The notes beneath the pieces were generated by a model. The model ran no database searches and was not told the origin of the DNA. It saw only the letters and a list, made by a program, of their open reading frames with translations. Shown one piece after another: positions 1-9,572 of a stretch of DNA of 64,000 bases. The DNA lies in NCBI GenBank assembly GCA_964356795.1, contig CAYHIK010000002.1, positions 26,600 to 90,599 on the forward strand, in the 5' to 3' direction. A program made the translations under genes and the position numbers. Positions within the stretch are counted from its first letter, which is position 1; the number at the start of each line of letters is the position of its first letter. Source of the DNA: an uncultured Candidatus Saccharibacteria bacterium. GTDB lineage: Bacteria > Patescibacteriota > Minisyncoccia > 2-02-FULL-40-12 > GWA2-44-9.

Positions 1-1077
1 CACGATGCCCACGATAGGACTCCGAATAATACCCTTCGCTATGAGCGATCCAATGCGTTGCGCTTTCGCCTGCGCAGACATGAGCGCTGCGCGCTGAGCA
101 TCGATTTCATCGGGGGTAGATCCTGCTTTTGTGAGCGCTAAATCGCTCGCCGCACGCTCTACCGCAAACGTTACCGTTGAGATGAGCTGATCTTGCGTAT
201 TCACCGATGTAATTGCCGCAACAACACTGGAGCGACCCGCGCTCACGTTCGTGCGATACTCCTGCACTACAGTCGACGACAGGACAGCGCCTGGGTCATC
301 TAATACCGCGCCCATCGCAGTAATCGTATCGCGTGCAGATTGAAGATAGCGACGCGCATTACTGAGCGCCGTGGTATACATTGCGTCCGTAGGACTCACT
401 GAAAGGCCATTGAGCTCCTCCTGCCACCGATCAAGATCGGACTCGACAGCGGTACGATACTTTGCCGCGTTCGATGTCTTATAATCATCACAGACGCAGG
501 TGAACGTAAGTCGATAGAGCGGAGTTGCCTCGGTGCCGAAGTTATCAAACATGGCGGCAAGCTGAACGCGGATTGCATTATCGGTCTTTGTGTACGCATC
601 GTAGAGCACATCGTATACATTCGCGTAGGCGTTATCGAGGTCTCGCTGTGCGCGGCGTAAATCAGATTCTTTGATTTCAATCTCTTCGACACGACTCCCC
701 GCTTCGAGCTCGCGGAGCTTTGCCTCCTGTGAAAGCACATTCGCCTGCGCATCCTGAAGATCTGCCGATAATTCGCCAAGATCGAGCGATGCCAACACCT
801 GGCCAATGACTACGCGCTGACCGACAACAGCCGGAACTCGCGCGATGCGGCCACTACTCTGGAACGACAATTCGACATCCTGCGAGGGCTTCACACGACC
901 CGTGACCGAAACAACCTCACTAATGCTCCCCCGAGCAACCGTGAGAGCAGTATCGGGGGCAGAATCCCCACCCCACACCGCATAGAGAACAGCGCCTACA
1001 ACGAAGATAACCGCTCCATATGCTATATATCGTGTTTTGCGCGGGAGTAATCGAAAACGCTTAATATAGGTATTCAT
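1..1077 (-). CDS. Periplasmic adaptor (membrane-fusion protein, HlyD/MacA-like) of an efflux or secretion system; 3' end cut by window edge
   Basis: Open frame on minus strand from ATG at 1077 to position 1 with no stop (not in ORF table because it runs off the edge). N-terminal TM helix, beta-barrel-like motif (VKPSQDVELSFQSSGRIARVPAVVGQRVVIGQVLASLD) and long coiled-coil, typical of MFPs. Divergent from murJ. Confidence 0.55.
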   Translation of the reverse strand, partial: MNTYIKRFRLLPRKTRYIAYGAVIFVVGAVLYAVWGGDSAPDTALTVARGSISEVVSVTGRVKPSQDVELSFQSSGRIARVPAVVGQRVVIGQVLASLDLGELSADLQDAQANVLSQEAKLRELEAGSRVEEIEIKESDLRRAQRDLDNAYANVYDVLYDAYTKTDNAIRVQLAAMFDNFGTEATPLYRLTFTCVCDDYKTSNAAKYRTAVESDLDRWQEELNGLSVSPTDAMYTTALSNARRYLQSARDTITAMGAVLDDPGAVLSSTVVQEYRTNVSAGRSSVVAAITSVNTQDQLISTVTFAVERAASDLALTKAGSTPDEIDAQRAALMSAQAKAQRIGSLIAKGIIRSPIVGIV

Positions 1078-1166
1078 AACGCACGTAGTATACCAAAAAT
1101 ACACCCTCTCGTCCATAAATCCACGCACGAGTGGAATAATCACGCGTCGTGCGTTAGGATTAACCC

Positions 1167-2498
1167 ATGCCACAACGCATCTACAATTATCTGTTCGGTT
1201 CAGTCTTTCGCGCAGGAGCATCAACGCTCACCGTGCTCATCCTCATCAGTAACGCGCTCGGACTGGTGCGCGACATGCTCTTTTCGCGTTTTGTGGGCGC
1301 AACTCGACTTCTCGATATCTATAACGCCTCTTTTATTGTCCCCGATATCCTTCTCAATGTATTTGTAGCTGGCGCGCTTACCGCCGCATTTATCCCCGTA
1401 TTCTCCCACCTCCGAGCGCATGGCGAGCGCGAAGAGTCTGAACGCGTCGCCTCCACTATGCTCGTTGCCGCACCCGCAACGATGGGCCTCATCGGCATTG
1501 TCGCCTTCACATTTATGCCTCAGCTCGCGCACATCGTTGCCCCTGGATTTAACCCCGGAGAGCTCACCCTCCTCATCCGCATGAGTAGGCTCATGTTGCT
1601 CTCCCCTATTATCTTTGCACTCTCGAACACCCTCGGCGGAGTCCTTGTGTCGCTCGATCGATTCGTCGGATATGGCCTTTCATCAATTCTCTACAACATC
1701 GGCATCATTGGCGGTATTTTCTTGATTCCACTCGTTGGCCCAATCGGATTAGCGCTCGGAACCCTCGCAGGGGCACTTCTCCACCTCTCATCGCGCGTTA
1801 TCGCAATTCTCCGCACAGATTTTCGTGCCCATGGTCCAATTAGTTTCAGCAACGAACATTTCCGCCAGATTATGAAGCTCATGCTCCCCCGAGTCGCTGG
1901 CCAGCCCATCGAGCAACTCATCTTCTCAATGTTCACGAATCTGGCCTCCACGCTTGCGGTAGGATCAGTCGCAGTAGTTAATTTTGCGCGCAATTTCCAG
2001 AGCATGCCTATTAGTGTCTTTGGTATCGCATTCTCTATGGCCGTCTTCAGTTCGCTTTCGCGTAAAGCCGCACTCAAAGACCGCGAAGGCTTTCTGTATC
2101 ATCTGAAAGAGACCGCGAAGCCACTCATGATTGCGTCTATCATCTCGATGGTCGTCTATATCCTCTTTGGCTCCTGGATTATCGGACTCCTGCTCGGCGG
2201 TGGAAAGTTCGGCCCCGAAGCCGTGCATCGCACTGCAACACTGCTCGCACTCTTCGCACTCGCCATCCCCGCGGAGAACGCTATTCATCTCCTCGTACGC
2301 TCATTTTACGCACTCAAAGATACATGGACGCCCATATTCGTGAGCATCCCGGGTCTTGGACTTATCTGGCTCCTCTCCAAAGCGCTCATCCCGAGCATGG
2401 ACGTGAACGCCCTCGGTGCGGCATATGCCATCTCGCTTACATCCCAAGCACTCATCCTCTTCGCACTCCTGCGAAGACGATTGAATACGCTCTCGTAG
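1167..2498 (+). CDS. murJ: MurJ/MviN-family lipid II flippase (MOP superfamily), 443 aa
   Basis: Polytopic membrane protein; N-terminus (VFRAGASTLTVLILISNALGLVRDMLFSRFVGATRLLDIYNASFIVPD) matches MurJ family; TAG stop at 2496-2498. Confidence 0.7.
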   Translation: MPQRIYNYLFGSVFRAGASTLTVLILISNALGLVRDMLFSRFVGATRLLDIYNASFIVPDILLNVFVAGALTAAFIPVFSHLRAHGEREESERVASTMLVAAPATMGLIGIVAFTFMPQLAHIVAPGFNPGELTLLIRMSRLMLLSPIIFALSNTLGGVLVSLDRFVGYGLSSILYNIGIIGGIFLIPLVGPIGLALGTLAGALLHLSSRVIAILRTDFRAHGPISFSNEHFRQIMKLMLPRVAGQPIEQLIFSMFTNLASTLAVGSVAVVNFARNFQSMPISVFGIAFSMAVFSSLSRKAALKDREGFLYHLKETAKPLMIASIISMVVYILFGSWIIGLLLGGGKFGPEAVHRTATLLALFALAIPAENAIHLLVRSFYALKDTWTPIFVSIPGLGLIWLLSKALIPSMDVNALGAAYAISLTSQALILFALLRRRLNTLS

Positions 2499-2510
2499 TA
2501 TTGAGCAATT

Positions 2511-5501
2511 CTACTTCCCTACGAAGTTTCCTGAATCATGATGCGATGCATCAGAGATGTCTTCGATCTCGCCCTTGCGATAGCGGTCCGTTGCCATATA
2601 CCCCACGTATCCGAATACTCCGATAATGGCGAGAAGGATTGCAAGAATAGTAGATTCTCCGGGACCAGTCTGTACGCGAGCCGCGACTCCAGCAACTACA
2701 CTACGCGGTGCAGGCGATGCCGTAGGAGCTACCTCAGCGAGCGCAGTCCGATTAATAATAATAGTGCGCGGAATCTGAGTGGCAGTACCAGCTTGATCAA
2801 GCGAAGCAAGACTCAGCTGATTTGCCCCCGCTCGCAGTGGTACCACCGCTTGCCATGAGAAACACCCAACATCAGTAGTGCATCCGGCTGTTGAGGGGAC
2901 AACAGCAACGGTCTGAAGAACTACACCGTTGAGCGTAATGCGAACACCCACGACGGGTGACTTTGACTCAATATTTGGAATCGCGCTTCCGCCCACCACA
3001 ACAGACTCCGATGTAACAACGGCGCCATCGCCTGGGGTCGAAATCGAGACAGAGGGCCCCGAAGATACTGGCTGACTATCATCCCCCAGTCCAGCATCTG
3101 AAGGGCCTGTAAGCGGTGCGTCTGCCCCCAGAACGCCCATCGTAATAATGCCGAGCCCGCCCCGCAGATTCGATACTATATTCGCAAAGAATGAAGACGA
3201 CTCAATGCGAGCCTGTGGCCTCTTCATGATATCTGCTATAGCCGCGAAAAGATCCGCTGGGACACTATTTCCCTGACTTCGAGCGAGCTTTGCCCACTCG
3301 CGCGCACGACCCTCATCGTGCTGCAACATCGCCGCCATCCGGGCAATGACATGCAAATCGGGGGATCTGTCCCGATCATTACTACACACCGAAGAGAGGT
3401 AATCTCTTCCGCCCTGTTCGCCATAAATCATGTGGAGCGTGCGGTCTGGACTTGTTAGCCTCGAGCAGAAATTTCTACCATGAGCGGCCAGCCCGGAATT
3501 AGCCATCGTGATCGCGTGAACCAGTTCGTGCACAAAAAGACCCTCCCATCCATTATCTAGCCCGCCCATTCGTGGAAAAGACATAACCCCATCAGTCGTC
3601 ATACAGGCGCCCGCTCCACCACAACGCGAATTTGAGTCAATCATCGTGTGGAGGTTACCCTTTCCCATCACACCGAGCCTGTCGAGAATGAACGCGTACT
3701 GACCCTCGGTATAGGTTGACGGCACTGAAACACCAAACTTACTTCGAATTTCAGCGATTAAAGACGGCGGAGGTGGCGCACCACAGCTTGAACCTTCACT
3801 GGAACACCCATCACCGCCAGCACCCGAAACACGGGCGCAAGTGCTCGAACGACACTCAAGATGTGAGTCGGGAATCGGAGTAGCGCTTGGAATTGGTGTC
3901 GGGGTATTGCCAGCAGCGATTGTGCACGCCAGAATACAACGATTACCATCATCGCAGTCATTACCACCTATTCCGGGATTGTTAAATCCGTCATCATCGC
4001 AGTCGCCATCATCACACGTCAATTCAGAGGGAATGCACTGGCTTGGATTTGGCGTTGGAGTAGCGACTACGACTCGATCACAGCAACTAGCACAATCAGA
4101 TGATTGCCCAACCGATGAATATCCCGCAGGACACGTGGTGGCCTCGCTACACAAATCTCCTCCCAGCGCGCCACAGCTCAGCCCACCCACCGGAGTGGGA
4201 GTTGGGGTTGGATTCAAAACTGGAGTAGGCGTCGCCTGTGCGATTTGCGTCGGTGTCGGAGTTGAAGCTTGAGGCCCACAGTTCGTGGTACGCGTAGCCC
4301 CAACGCAACGATCACTATCATTTGCGTCATTGCATGCCGTGATGGGATTTGCATTTGATGCCGCTGGATTCAAAACTCCATCTCCGTCGCAGTCACCATC
4401 AGCGCACATGGCATCGTCGACATTAACCTCACATGAGTTTGACGCTGGTGTAGGGGTAGGAGTTGCCTGAGCGAGCGGTGTGGGGGTAGGAGCCTGCGCG
4501 CCACATCCCGTCGTCTGAGTTGCTCCAACGCAACGATCACTATCATTTGCGTCATTGCATGCCGTGATGGGATTTGCATTTGATGCCGCTGGATTCAAAA
4601 CTCCATCTCCGTCGCAGTCACCATCAGCGCACATGGCATCGTCGACATTCACTACGCATGAGCTAGATGTGGGCGTTGGTGTAGGGGTGCCCAATGGTGT
4701 AGGGGTTGAAGTCTGTGGCCCGCAGTTCGTGGTACGCGTAGCCCCAACACAGCGGTCGCTGTCATTCGCGTCGTTACATGTGGCAATGGGGTTCGCGTTG
4801 GAAGCTGCTGGATTGAGCACGCCGTCTCCATCGCAGTCGCCGTCGGCACACATATCATCGTCAGTCACGACGGCACATGAATTGCTTGGGGTTGGAGTAG
4901 TCACTGGCGTAGGAGTTGAAGTCTGCGATCCACAATTCGTGGTACGCGTAGCCCCAACGCAACGATTACCATCATCGGCATCGTTACACGCATTAATAGG
5001 GTTCGCATTCGAGGCGGCGGGGTTGAGCGCGCCGTCTCCATCGCAGTCACCGTCGGCGCACATGTCATCATCAGTCGCGACGACGCATGAATTGTTTGGC
5101 GTCGGGGTTGGTGTTGGCTCTTCAGCGGGATCATCGGTAGGCTCTGGCGTCTCGGTCGCTCCATCGCAAGAATTTCCAGTCTGAGAAGCGCCAACACAAC
5201 TATTGCCGTCATCTTGGTCGTTGCAGGCGGATATTGGATTTGCATTTGAGGCGTCGGGGTTGAGCGCGCCATCATCATCGCAGTCGCCGTCGGCACATCC
5301 CTCATCCGTAACCGTAACCGCACATGGATCAGTGCTTGGTTCGTCGGTTGACTCTGCGGATGGGGGATCTTCCTCTCCAGGATCCTGTTCGAATGCAAAA
5401 AAGCGGCCGACATCAACTGAATAATCCCCCTGCTGATAGACAGCAATCGCTCCCACGATGAGGAGTGATATTCCAAGGAGAGCTGCTGCTCGGCCGAGCA
5501 T
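2511..5501 (-). CDS. Large secreted or surface protein: N-terminal signal/anchor, about 6 tandem Cys/Asp-rich Ca-binding-type repeats with Pro/Thr linkers, HExxH metalloprotease-like domain, C-terminal TM anchor
   Basis: 996-aa ORF. Repeated unit ~73 aa (CADGDCDGDGVLNPAASNANPI..ACNDANDSDRCVGAT). FVHELVHAI motif. C-terminal hydrophobic segment followed by basic residues (RYRKGE). Confidence 0.75.
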   Translation of the reverse strand: MLGRAAALLGISLLIVGAIAVYQQGDYSVDVGRFFAFEQDPGEEDPPSAESTDEPSTDPCAVTVTDEGCADGDCDDDGALNPDASNANPISACNDQDDGNSCVGASQTGNSCDGATETPEPTDDPAEEPTPTPTPNNSCVVATDDDMCADGDCDGDGALNPAASNANPINACNDADDGNRCVGATRTTNCGSQTSTPTPVTTPTPSNSCAVVTDDDMCADGDCDGDGVLNPAASNANPIATCNDANDSDRCVGATRTTNCGPQTSTPTPLGTPTPTPTSSSCVVNVDDAMCADGDCDGDGVLNPAASNANPITACNDANDSDRCVGATQTTGCGAQAPTPTPLAQATPTPTPASNSCEVNVDDAMCADGDCDGDGVLNPAASNANPITACNDANDSDRCVGATRTTNCGPQASTPTPTQIAQATPTPVLNPTPTPTPVGGLSCGALGGDLCSEATTCPAGYSSVGQSSDCASCCDRVVVATPTPNPSQCIPSELTCDDGDCDDDGFNNPGIGGNDCDDGNRCILACTIAAGNTPTPIPSATPIPDSHLECRSSTCARVSGAGGDGCSSEGSSCGAPPPPSLIAEIRSKFGVSVPSTYTEGQYAFILDRLGVMGKGNLHTMIDSNSRCGGAGACMTTDGVMSFPRMGGLDNGWEGLFVHELVHAITMANSGLAAHGRNFCSRLTSPDRTLHMIYGEQGGRDYLSSVCSNDRDRSPDLHVIARMAAMLQHDEGRAREWAKLARSQGNSVPADLFAAIADIMKRPQARIESSSFFANIVSNLRGGLGIITMGVLGADAPLTGPSDAGLGDDSQPVSSGPSVSISTPGDGAVVTSESVVVGGSAIPNIESKSPVVGVRITLNGVVLQTVAVVPSTAGCTTDVGCFSWQAVVPLRAGANQLSLASLDQAGTATQIPRTIIINRTALAEVAPTASPAPRSVVAGVAARVQTGPGESTILAILLAIIGVFGYVGYMATDRYRKGEIEDISDASHHDSGNFVGK
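3880..5330. repeat. Intragenic tandem DNA repeats, period ~220 bp, ~6 copies, several stretches >100 bp identical
   Basis: e.g. 4324-4425 is identical to 4546-4647; mirrored as spurious plus-strand ORFs 3841..4272, 4285..4470 and 4555..5184. Confidence 0.85.
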
Positions 5502-5573
5502 AGTTTAAGAGAATAATTAAAAACTATCGATGCATGATAATCATACCACGATGCAAGCGCACTTTATCCACAT

Positions 5574-6389
5574 TCACTGATTTGGATACACAACAATAAT
5601 TGCTCGCCGACCAGATTCAACGTATCCAACAGGATCGACACCAACTGGCCACTCATCTCCACCCGACGGAGCATCGTGCATCGCATTTAAAAACACATTC
5701 GGAGCAAAGGTGAGATTCCTCCCATGCCGCGTGCCAACATCATTGGTAATAATATCGCCATTATCTGCGACTCCCTTCACCACCAGCATGTGGTACACGG
5801 GGCCTGGTTGCGTGTAATACTTATTTCCCAGCAATCTGCCCGCAAGCGGCACGATAACGGGTCGGCCCGCACGCACATGACGCGCCAAATCTTCGATACC
5901 AGCATTGTATACAACGTCTACACGCTTGTACCCATAATACTCTCGAATGAATCGCGCTGTTTCAGCTGCGGTTGAGTGCTTATAGTATCCGAAATGCTCC
6001 TGCTGCCACGCAACGAGCTTCAGCATCGCCGCCTCGGCCTCCTCCACGGAAAGCGAAGCTCCCCGCCAGAATGCATCCACCAGCATCGCGCTCGCCTCTT
6101 CGCAGGCTTCCTGCCAAGGCAACGACCAATCTCCACGCGGAGCCTGGCTCATGAATGGGACGGCTAAGTTAATCGCGGAAGGAGCCGCCACGATAGTCGG
6201 CAATGGCCTGGGAGTCGTTGTGGCTCGTGGTGAGCCCGATACCGTGGCGACAAGCGGAGTTGCACGAGGTTGCTCGTGAGGAACGCTTGGCTTTTGGAGT
6301 TCAATGAGTCCATCCCGAATCTGCCCTCGAAAAATGATAGCAACGAGTGCAATGACCGAGATACTAATTAATCGCTTCATAGACATCAT
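5574..6389 (-). CDS. Secreted peptidase C39-like (YvpB/BtrH-like) domain protein
   Basis: N-terminal TM/signal, Pro/Thr linker, then Q...C motif (FMSQAPRGDWSLPWQEACEEASAMLV) typical of C39-like cysteine peptidase domains. Confidence 0.5.
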   Translation of the reverse strand: MMSMKRLISISVIALVAIIFRGQIRDGLIELQKPSVPHEQPRATPLVATVSGSPRATTTPRPLPTIVAAPSAINLAVPFMSQAPRGDWSLPWQEACEEASAMLVDAFWRGASLSVEEAEAAMLKLVAWQQEHFGYYKHSTAAETARFIREYYGYKRVDVVYNAGIEDLARHVRAGRPVIVPLAGRLLGNKYYTQPGPVYHMLVVKGVADNGDIITNDVGTRHGRNLTFAPNVFLNAMHDAPSGGDEWPVGVDPVGYVESGRRAIIVVYPNQ

Positions 6390-6747
6390 TCAGTATATGA
6401 GAAAAGAAAAACCCCGACAATAGAATGCCGGGGAGAACGTACGTGTCACTGACACCGACGACAGCTATCGATTTCATATGCGATATAGCTAGGAATATGC
6501 TGGTACCCCTCACCTCGCATATGCCGATCGACTTCTGCCTGATTCGCGCCCTCGACATCCTCAATGATGGCGCCCTCGAGATTACGAATGATGGCACGGT
6601 ATCGACCATTTGCAAGCACTTCGCGATATACGTGAAAGTTCTGCACGCACCGCTCTTCGTGATCCGCACCAAACGCTCGAAGCGTCACAGAGCACCCCCG
6701 TCCAACAGAACATGGGCACATCATGCACCCATGATACAATTCGTCAA

Positions 6748-7152
6748 TTAGAGATTGTGGGCTTTGAAGCACTCGATGTACTCCCGGTCCATATGCTTGA
6801 TGTGATTGAGGAGCCAATCATACATCGCGCGAGAAAGTTCAGCGGTAAGCGCATTCTGATCGTCTAAGAATTGAATACGAATCTTATCGATGCGCTCTTC
6901 AAATGCTCGGTGCGATGCTGTATGCGCTTCTGCGTTGGAATAGCACCCAAACGCGATAAAATGCTCCTCCTCTGTTTTGAAGTGATGCTTGATGTAGGCG
7001 CGGAGCTCGTCAAAAATGTCTGATACGTGCTTTCCGATGGTGCCATCGGCAACCGTGCGCTCAAGTTTTGCGATTAAATCAATAAACCGATGATGCTGTT
7101 CATCGACTTCCTCGATACCCATAGCAATTGTCTCATTCCATTCAATTGGCAT
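6748..7152 (-). CDS. Hemerythrin-like (bacteriohemerythrin) protein
   Basis: 134 aa with H/E/D metal-ligand spacing typical of the hemerythrin HHE domain (IEWNETIAMGIEEVDEQHHRFIDL... HFKTEEEHF...H..H). Confidence 0.75.
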   Translation of the reverse strand: MPIEWNETIAMGIEEVDEQHHRFIDLIAKLERTVADGTIGKHVSDIFDELRAYIKHHFKTEEEHFIAFGCYSNAEAHTASHRAFEERIDKIRIQFLDDQNALTAELSRAMYDWLLNHIKHMDREYIECFKAHNL

Positions 7153-7254
7153 GCGCGGATTATACCATGCCTCACCCCTATCGCTAGTTTATTGCTGTTT
7201 TTTCGGCCTGGTGTATTGTTGTACATAGATCATTCATGAACAAGGGAGTCTCTC

Positions 7255-7701
7255 ATGTTCCGAAAACACGGAGGTCAGACGGCGTCCCGCGGTTCGTATT
7301 GGGACAAGGACTTGTGGCGTATTTTCGTCGTGCAAAACGACGGCGAAGTTCTTCCTGGTAGCTCCGATCGCGTGTACCTGCGATTGAGCACAATCGAAAT
7401 GCTGGTGCTCGCGCTCATCATCAGTGGGATGTTCGTCCTGTTCGTCCCGTTCGCAGGCATCGGCGTGGTTACCATCACGGCATTCATCGCCATCGTCTCG
7501 TTCCTCGTCCAGAAGGTTCTGTGCGTCATCATTCGCAGAATCTGCAAGGCCGAAGCCTGGGTGTGTGACATCACGCGTCGTTACTTCTGCAAGGAGTGCG
7601 GTAACGACTGCGACGATCACATCACCATGACCGTCCGGGCCCTCTTGTTTGCGCTCTTCTACCTGGCCGGCGCGCTCACGGTGAAGTACATCGGTGGCTA
7701 G
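7255..7701 (+). CDS. Small polytopic membrane protein, unknown function
   Basis: RBS AAGGGAG 6 nt upstream of ATG 7255; 2-3 hydrophobic helices; followed by terminator. Preferred over overlapping minus-strand ORF 7234..7710 (D/E/R-rich, no signals). Confidence 0.6.
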   Translation: MFRKHGGQTASRGSYWDKDLWRIFVVQNDGEVLPGSSDRVYLRLSTIEMLVLALIISGMFVLFVPFAGIGVVTITAFIAIVSFLVQKVLCVIIRRICKAEAWVCDITRRYFCKECGNDCDDHITMTVRALLFALFYLAGALTVKYIGG

Positions 7702-7714
7702 GCCCCGCATCGCA

Positions 7715-7745
7715 AAACACCCCCTCTTCGGGGGTGTTTCTTTGT
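7715..7745. terminator. Bidirectional rho-independent terminator (ACACCCCC-tcttc-GGGGGTGT + TTCTTTGT)
   Basis: Perfect 8-bp GC stem and U-tract after 7255..7701; also follows the convergent small minus-strand ORF. Confidence 0.8.
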
Positions 7746-7751
7746 ATACTT

Positions 7752-7865
7752 CTAGCGTGCCCTGCGAGACGCAAGCATCTTCTTCTTGATCTCCTGACGC
7801 TTTTTGGTTTTCTTTGGGTGCTTGCGCACGCGAGTACTACTCAATGCGCCACGTCGTTTTGCCAT
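7752..7865 (-). CDS. 37-aa extremely basic small protein (MAKRRGALSSTRVRKHPKKTKKRQEIKKKMLASRRAR); ribosomal-protein-like composition
   Basis: ATG..TAG frame translated by hand; ends at the bidirectional terminator; TATGAT box ~30 nt upstream. Below the ORF-table length cutoff. Confidence 0.3.
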   Translation of the reverse strand: MAKRRGALSSTRVRKHPKKTKKRQEIKKKMLASRRAR

Positions 7866-7922
7866 AGATAGTTCGTTGAAATTACCCGCCAATCATACCA
7901 CAGCGCCCAGCTCTCGTCGAAC

Positions 7923-8522
7923 TCATTTCAGGCGAAGCGTGGAGAGCATCGTATCGACGATGGCGCGAAAGCCGGCGTTGGTGGGATCAGGAGTCATGAA
8001 GGAGATCTCGAGCATCGTTGTGTCGCTTCGCGGAATGTAGATGATATCGAAATCGCCAAGCGCGGAAACCTGAATACGTTTCACCGATTCCCCAGCAAGT
8101 ATTTCGTCAGAGAGTGGCTTCGTAATCGTTCCCACATCTTTGAACATTTGCTCCTGTGACTTGATATATGCATCCGTTCCGCTTGGCGTCGGAAACGTGC
8201 GCATACTAAAGATGATGCCGTCGTACATCTCGGTCTGCCCCTTCTGTGTGGGCCCCCACATACTAAATCGAACGTCCGAAGCACTATCAGAATGTTTCGT
8301 TAATTTGGAGTCATACGCTATCGAAAGATTCATCGTCTCACTGGTGTACATCTGCCAGTCAGCAGGAGCGCTGACTTCTTGGGCGCTCTGCGAACCTCCA
8401 TACCACCTCCACGCACCAAACACAGCGCCCACGAGCACAACCACCGCAATACCTGTCATGAGTTTATGTTTTCTCATATCGTATATGAATAATTCTTTTG
8501 CACGCACTATAGCATTTTGCAT
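7923..8522 (-). CDS. Membrane-anchored or secreted hypothetical protein
   Basis: N-terminal TM/signal (KLMTGIAVVVLVGAVFGAW) then soluble domain; alternative ATG at 8477. Confidence 0.5.
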   Translation of the reverse strand: MQNAIVRAKELFIYDMRKHKLMTGIAVVVLVGAVFGAWRWYGGSQSAQEVSAPADWQMYTSETMNLSIAYDSKLTKHSDSASDVRFSMWGPTQKGQTEMYDGIIFSMRTFPTPSGTDAYIKSQEQMFKDVGTITKPLSDEILAGESVKRIQVSALGDFDIIYIPRSDTTMLEISFMTPDPTNAGFRAIVDTMLSTLRLK

Positions 8523-8533
8523 ACAAGCTCGCC

Positions 8534-8568
8534 AGAAATAAAAAGAGGTCCCGCCGTGAGGCGGGACC
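8534..8568 (-). terminator. Rho-independent terminator of truD (GGTCCCGCC-tcac-GGCGGGACC + UCUUUUUAUUU)
   Basis: Perfect 9-bp stem immediately 3' of the truD stop (8586-8588) on the minus strand. Confidence 0.8.
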
Positions 8569-8585
8569 GGGTACGCGTTGCAGGA

Positions 8586-9572
8586 CTAGCGATGCACCTC
8601 CTCCCACTGAAAGAGCTGGGAGAGAAGCACTGTGGCGTAGACGCCGGGCGGAAGGTCGAACATGAGCTCCCATCCCTGCGGTTTGGGCGAGGCCGAGAGG
8701 TTCTTCGGCTCGATGACCGTCCGTCGCATGAACGGCGGGGCCAGCTTGCTCGCCCACGTGGTGGCGCCCAACTTGGGCGGACACCAGAACGGACGATACA
8801 GCTCGACGATGTCGGGTCTCGACGACCACATCGGGAGCTCCGCCGGCACACCCTCGAGCCCACGATCGTCCACGAGCTGTGCGAACAGAGTGTTCCACAG
8901 AACGCTCTGCCACTTCTCGAGCGCGAACTCCAACGAGAAGGCGAACTCGGGGTGGAAGAGCGCCTCCTGCAGAGAACGCTTCCCCACGCTCGCCGCCACC
9001 TCGAGCTGTCTTCGTGATGGCGACGCCATCACCGCGTCCACCGCTTCGGCGAACTTTCCCTCGAAGAGGAAACGGCCAATCCGCTCCGAGCCCTCGGCTC
9101 CCATGCGCTGTGGACCAAAGAAGTTGGGAAGTCGAACCACGTTCTTCAGGGGGACGCTCGTCGCGTCCGTGAGAACGAGGACGCTGAAGTGATTGCCTTG
9201 GTGCTTCGCCAGTCGCCCAGCCCCGCCGATGTGGCGAAGAAAGACGCGGTCATGACGGAAGAAGGGATAGTACCGCCCCTCCACCCACATGCGCTGGGAC
9301 GTCAGGGCATGCTTGTCCTTCAACCCCAACCTGCCGATGCAGTTGAGCGAAGTTCGAAGTTGGCGAGCGACGAGGCGCCTTGCGTCCTCGGTCGTCCAGC
9401 CCTCTTTCGTGACCTCGAAGACGGTCACGGCCGACTCCCCGTCCCACGGGCGAACGAGCGTCTCGTCCGCGAGCGGAACGTACGACCCGTCTGGGTTGAT
9501 CTCCTGCACCACGAACGAATCCGTGGTGCTCTTGATGATTCCACGCGGGAGCGTGGTGGTGTTTTCGCCCAT
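8586..9572 (-). CDS. truD: tRNA pseudouridine(13) synthase TruD
   Basis: Matches TruD hallmarks: FVVQEINPDG (cf. E. coli FVVVEDLGFEPDG), GLKDKHALTSQRM (cf. GQKDKHAVTEQWL), LPNFFGPQRMG (cf. VPNYFGAQRFG). GC about 63-67% against 50-54% flanks. RBS GGAGGT. Confidence 0.85.
   Translation of the reverse strand: MGENTTTLPRGIIKSTTDSFVVQEINPDGSYVPLADETLVRPWDGESAVTVFEVTKEGWTTEDARRLVARQLRTSLNCIGRLGLKDKHALTSQRMWVEGRYYPFFRHDRVFLRHIGGAGRLAKHQGNHFSVLVLTDATSVPLKNVVRLPNFFGPQRMGAEGSERIGRFLFEGKFAEAVDAVMASPSRRQLEVAASVGKRSLQEALFHPEFAFSLEFALEKWQSVLWNTLFAQLVDDRGLEGVPAELPMWSSRPDIVELYRPFWCPPKLGATTWASKLAPPFMRRTVIEPKNLSASPKPQGWELMFDLPPGVYATVLLSQLFQWEEVHR

Noticed and set aside
396-806. 136-aa minus-strand ORF from the six-frame table
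   Set aside because: It lies entirely inside, and out of frame with, the longer unlisted minus-strand open frame 1..1077 that encodes a coherent HlyD/MFP-like protein; its composition is Arg/Ser-rich noise.
3841-5184. Plus-strand ORFs 3841..4272, 4285..4470 and 4555..5184 (repeated GVGV and SPSQSPSAH motifs)
   Set aside because: They are mirror images of the tandem DNA repeats inside the 996-aa minus-strand gene; they have no start signals and their repetitiveness simply reflects the coding-strand repeats.
6390-6747. ORFs 6364..6672 (-), 6425..6751 (+) and 6446..6817 (-) between the C39-like gene and the hemerythrin gene
   Set aside because: They are mutually overlapping, lack SDs and overlap the flanking genes; a Cys-rich internal frame (MMCPCSV...CRRC) is conceivable but unsupported, so nothing was annotated.
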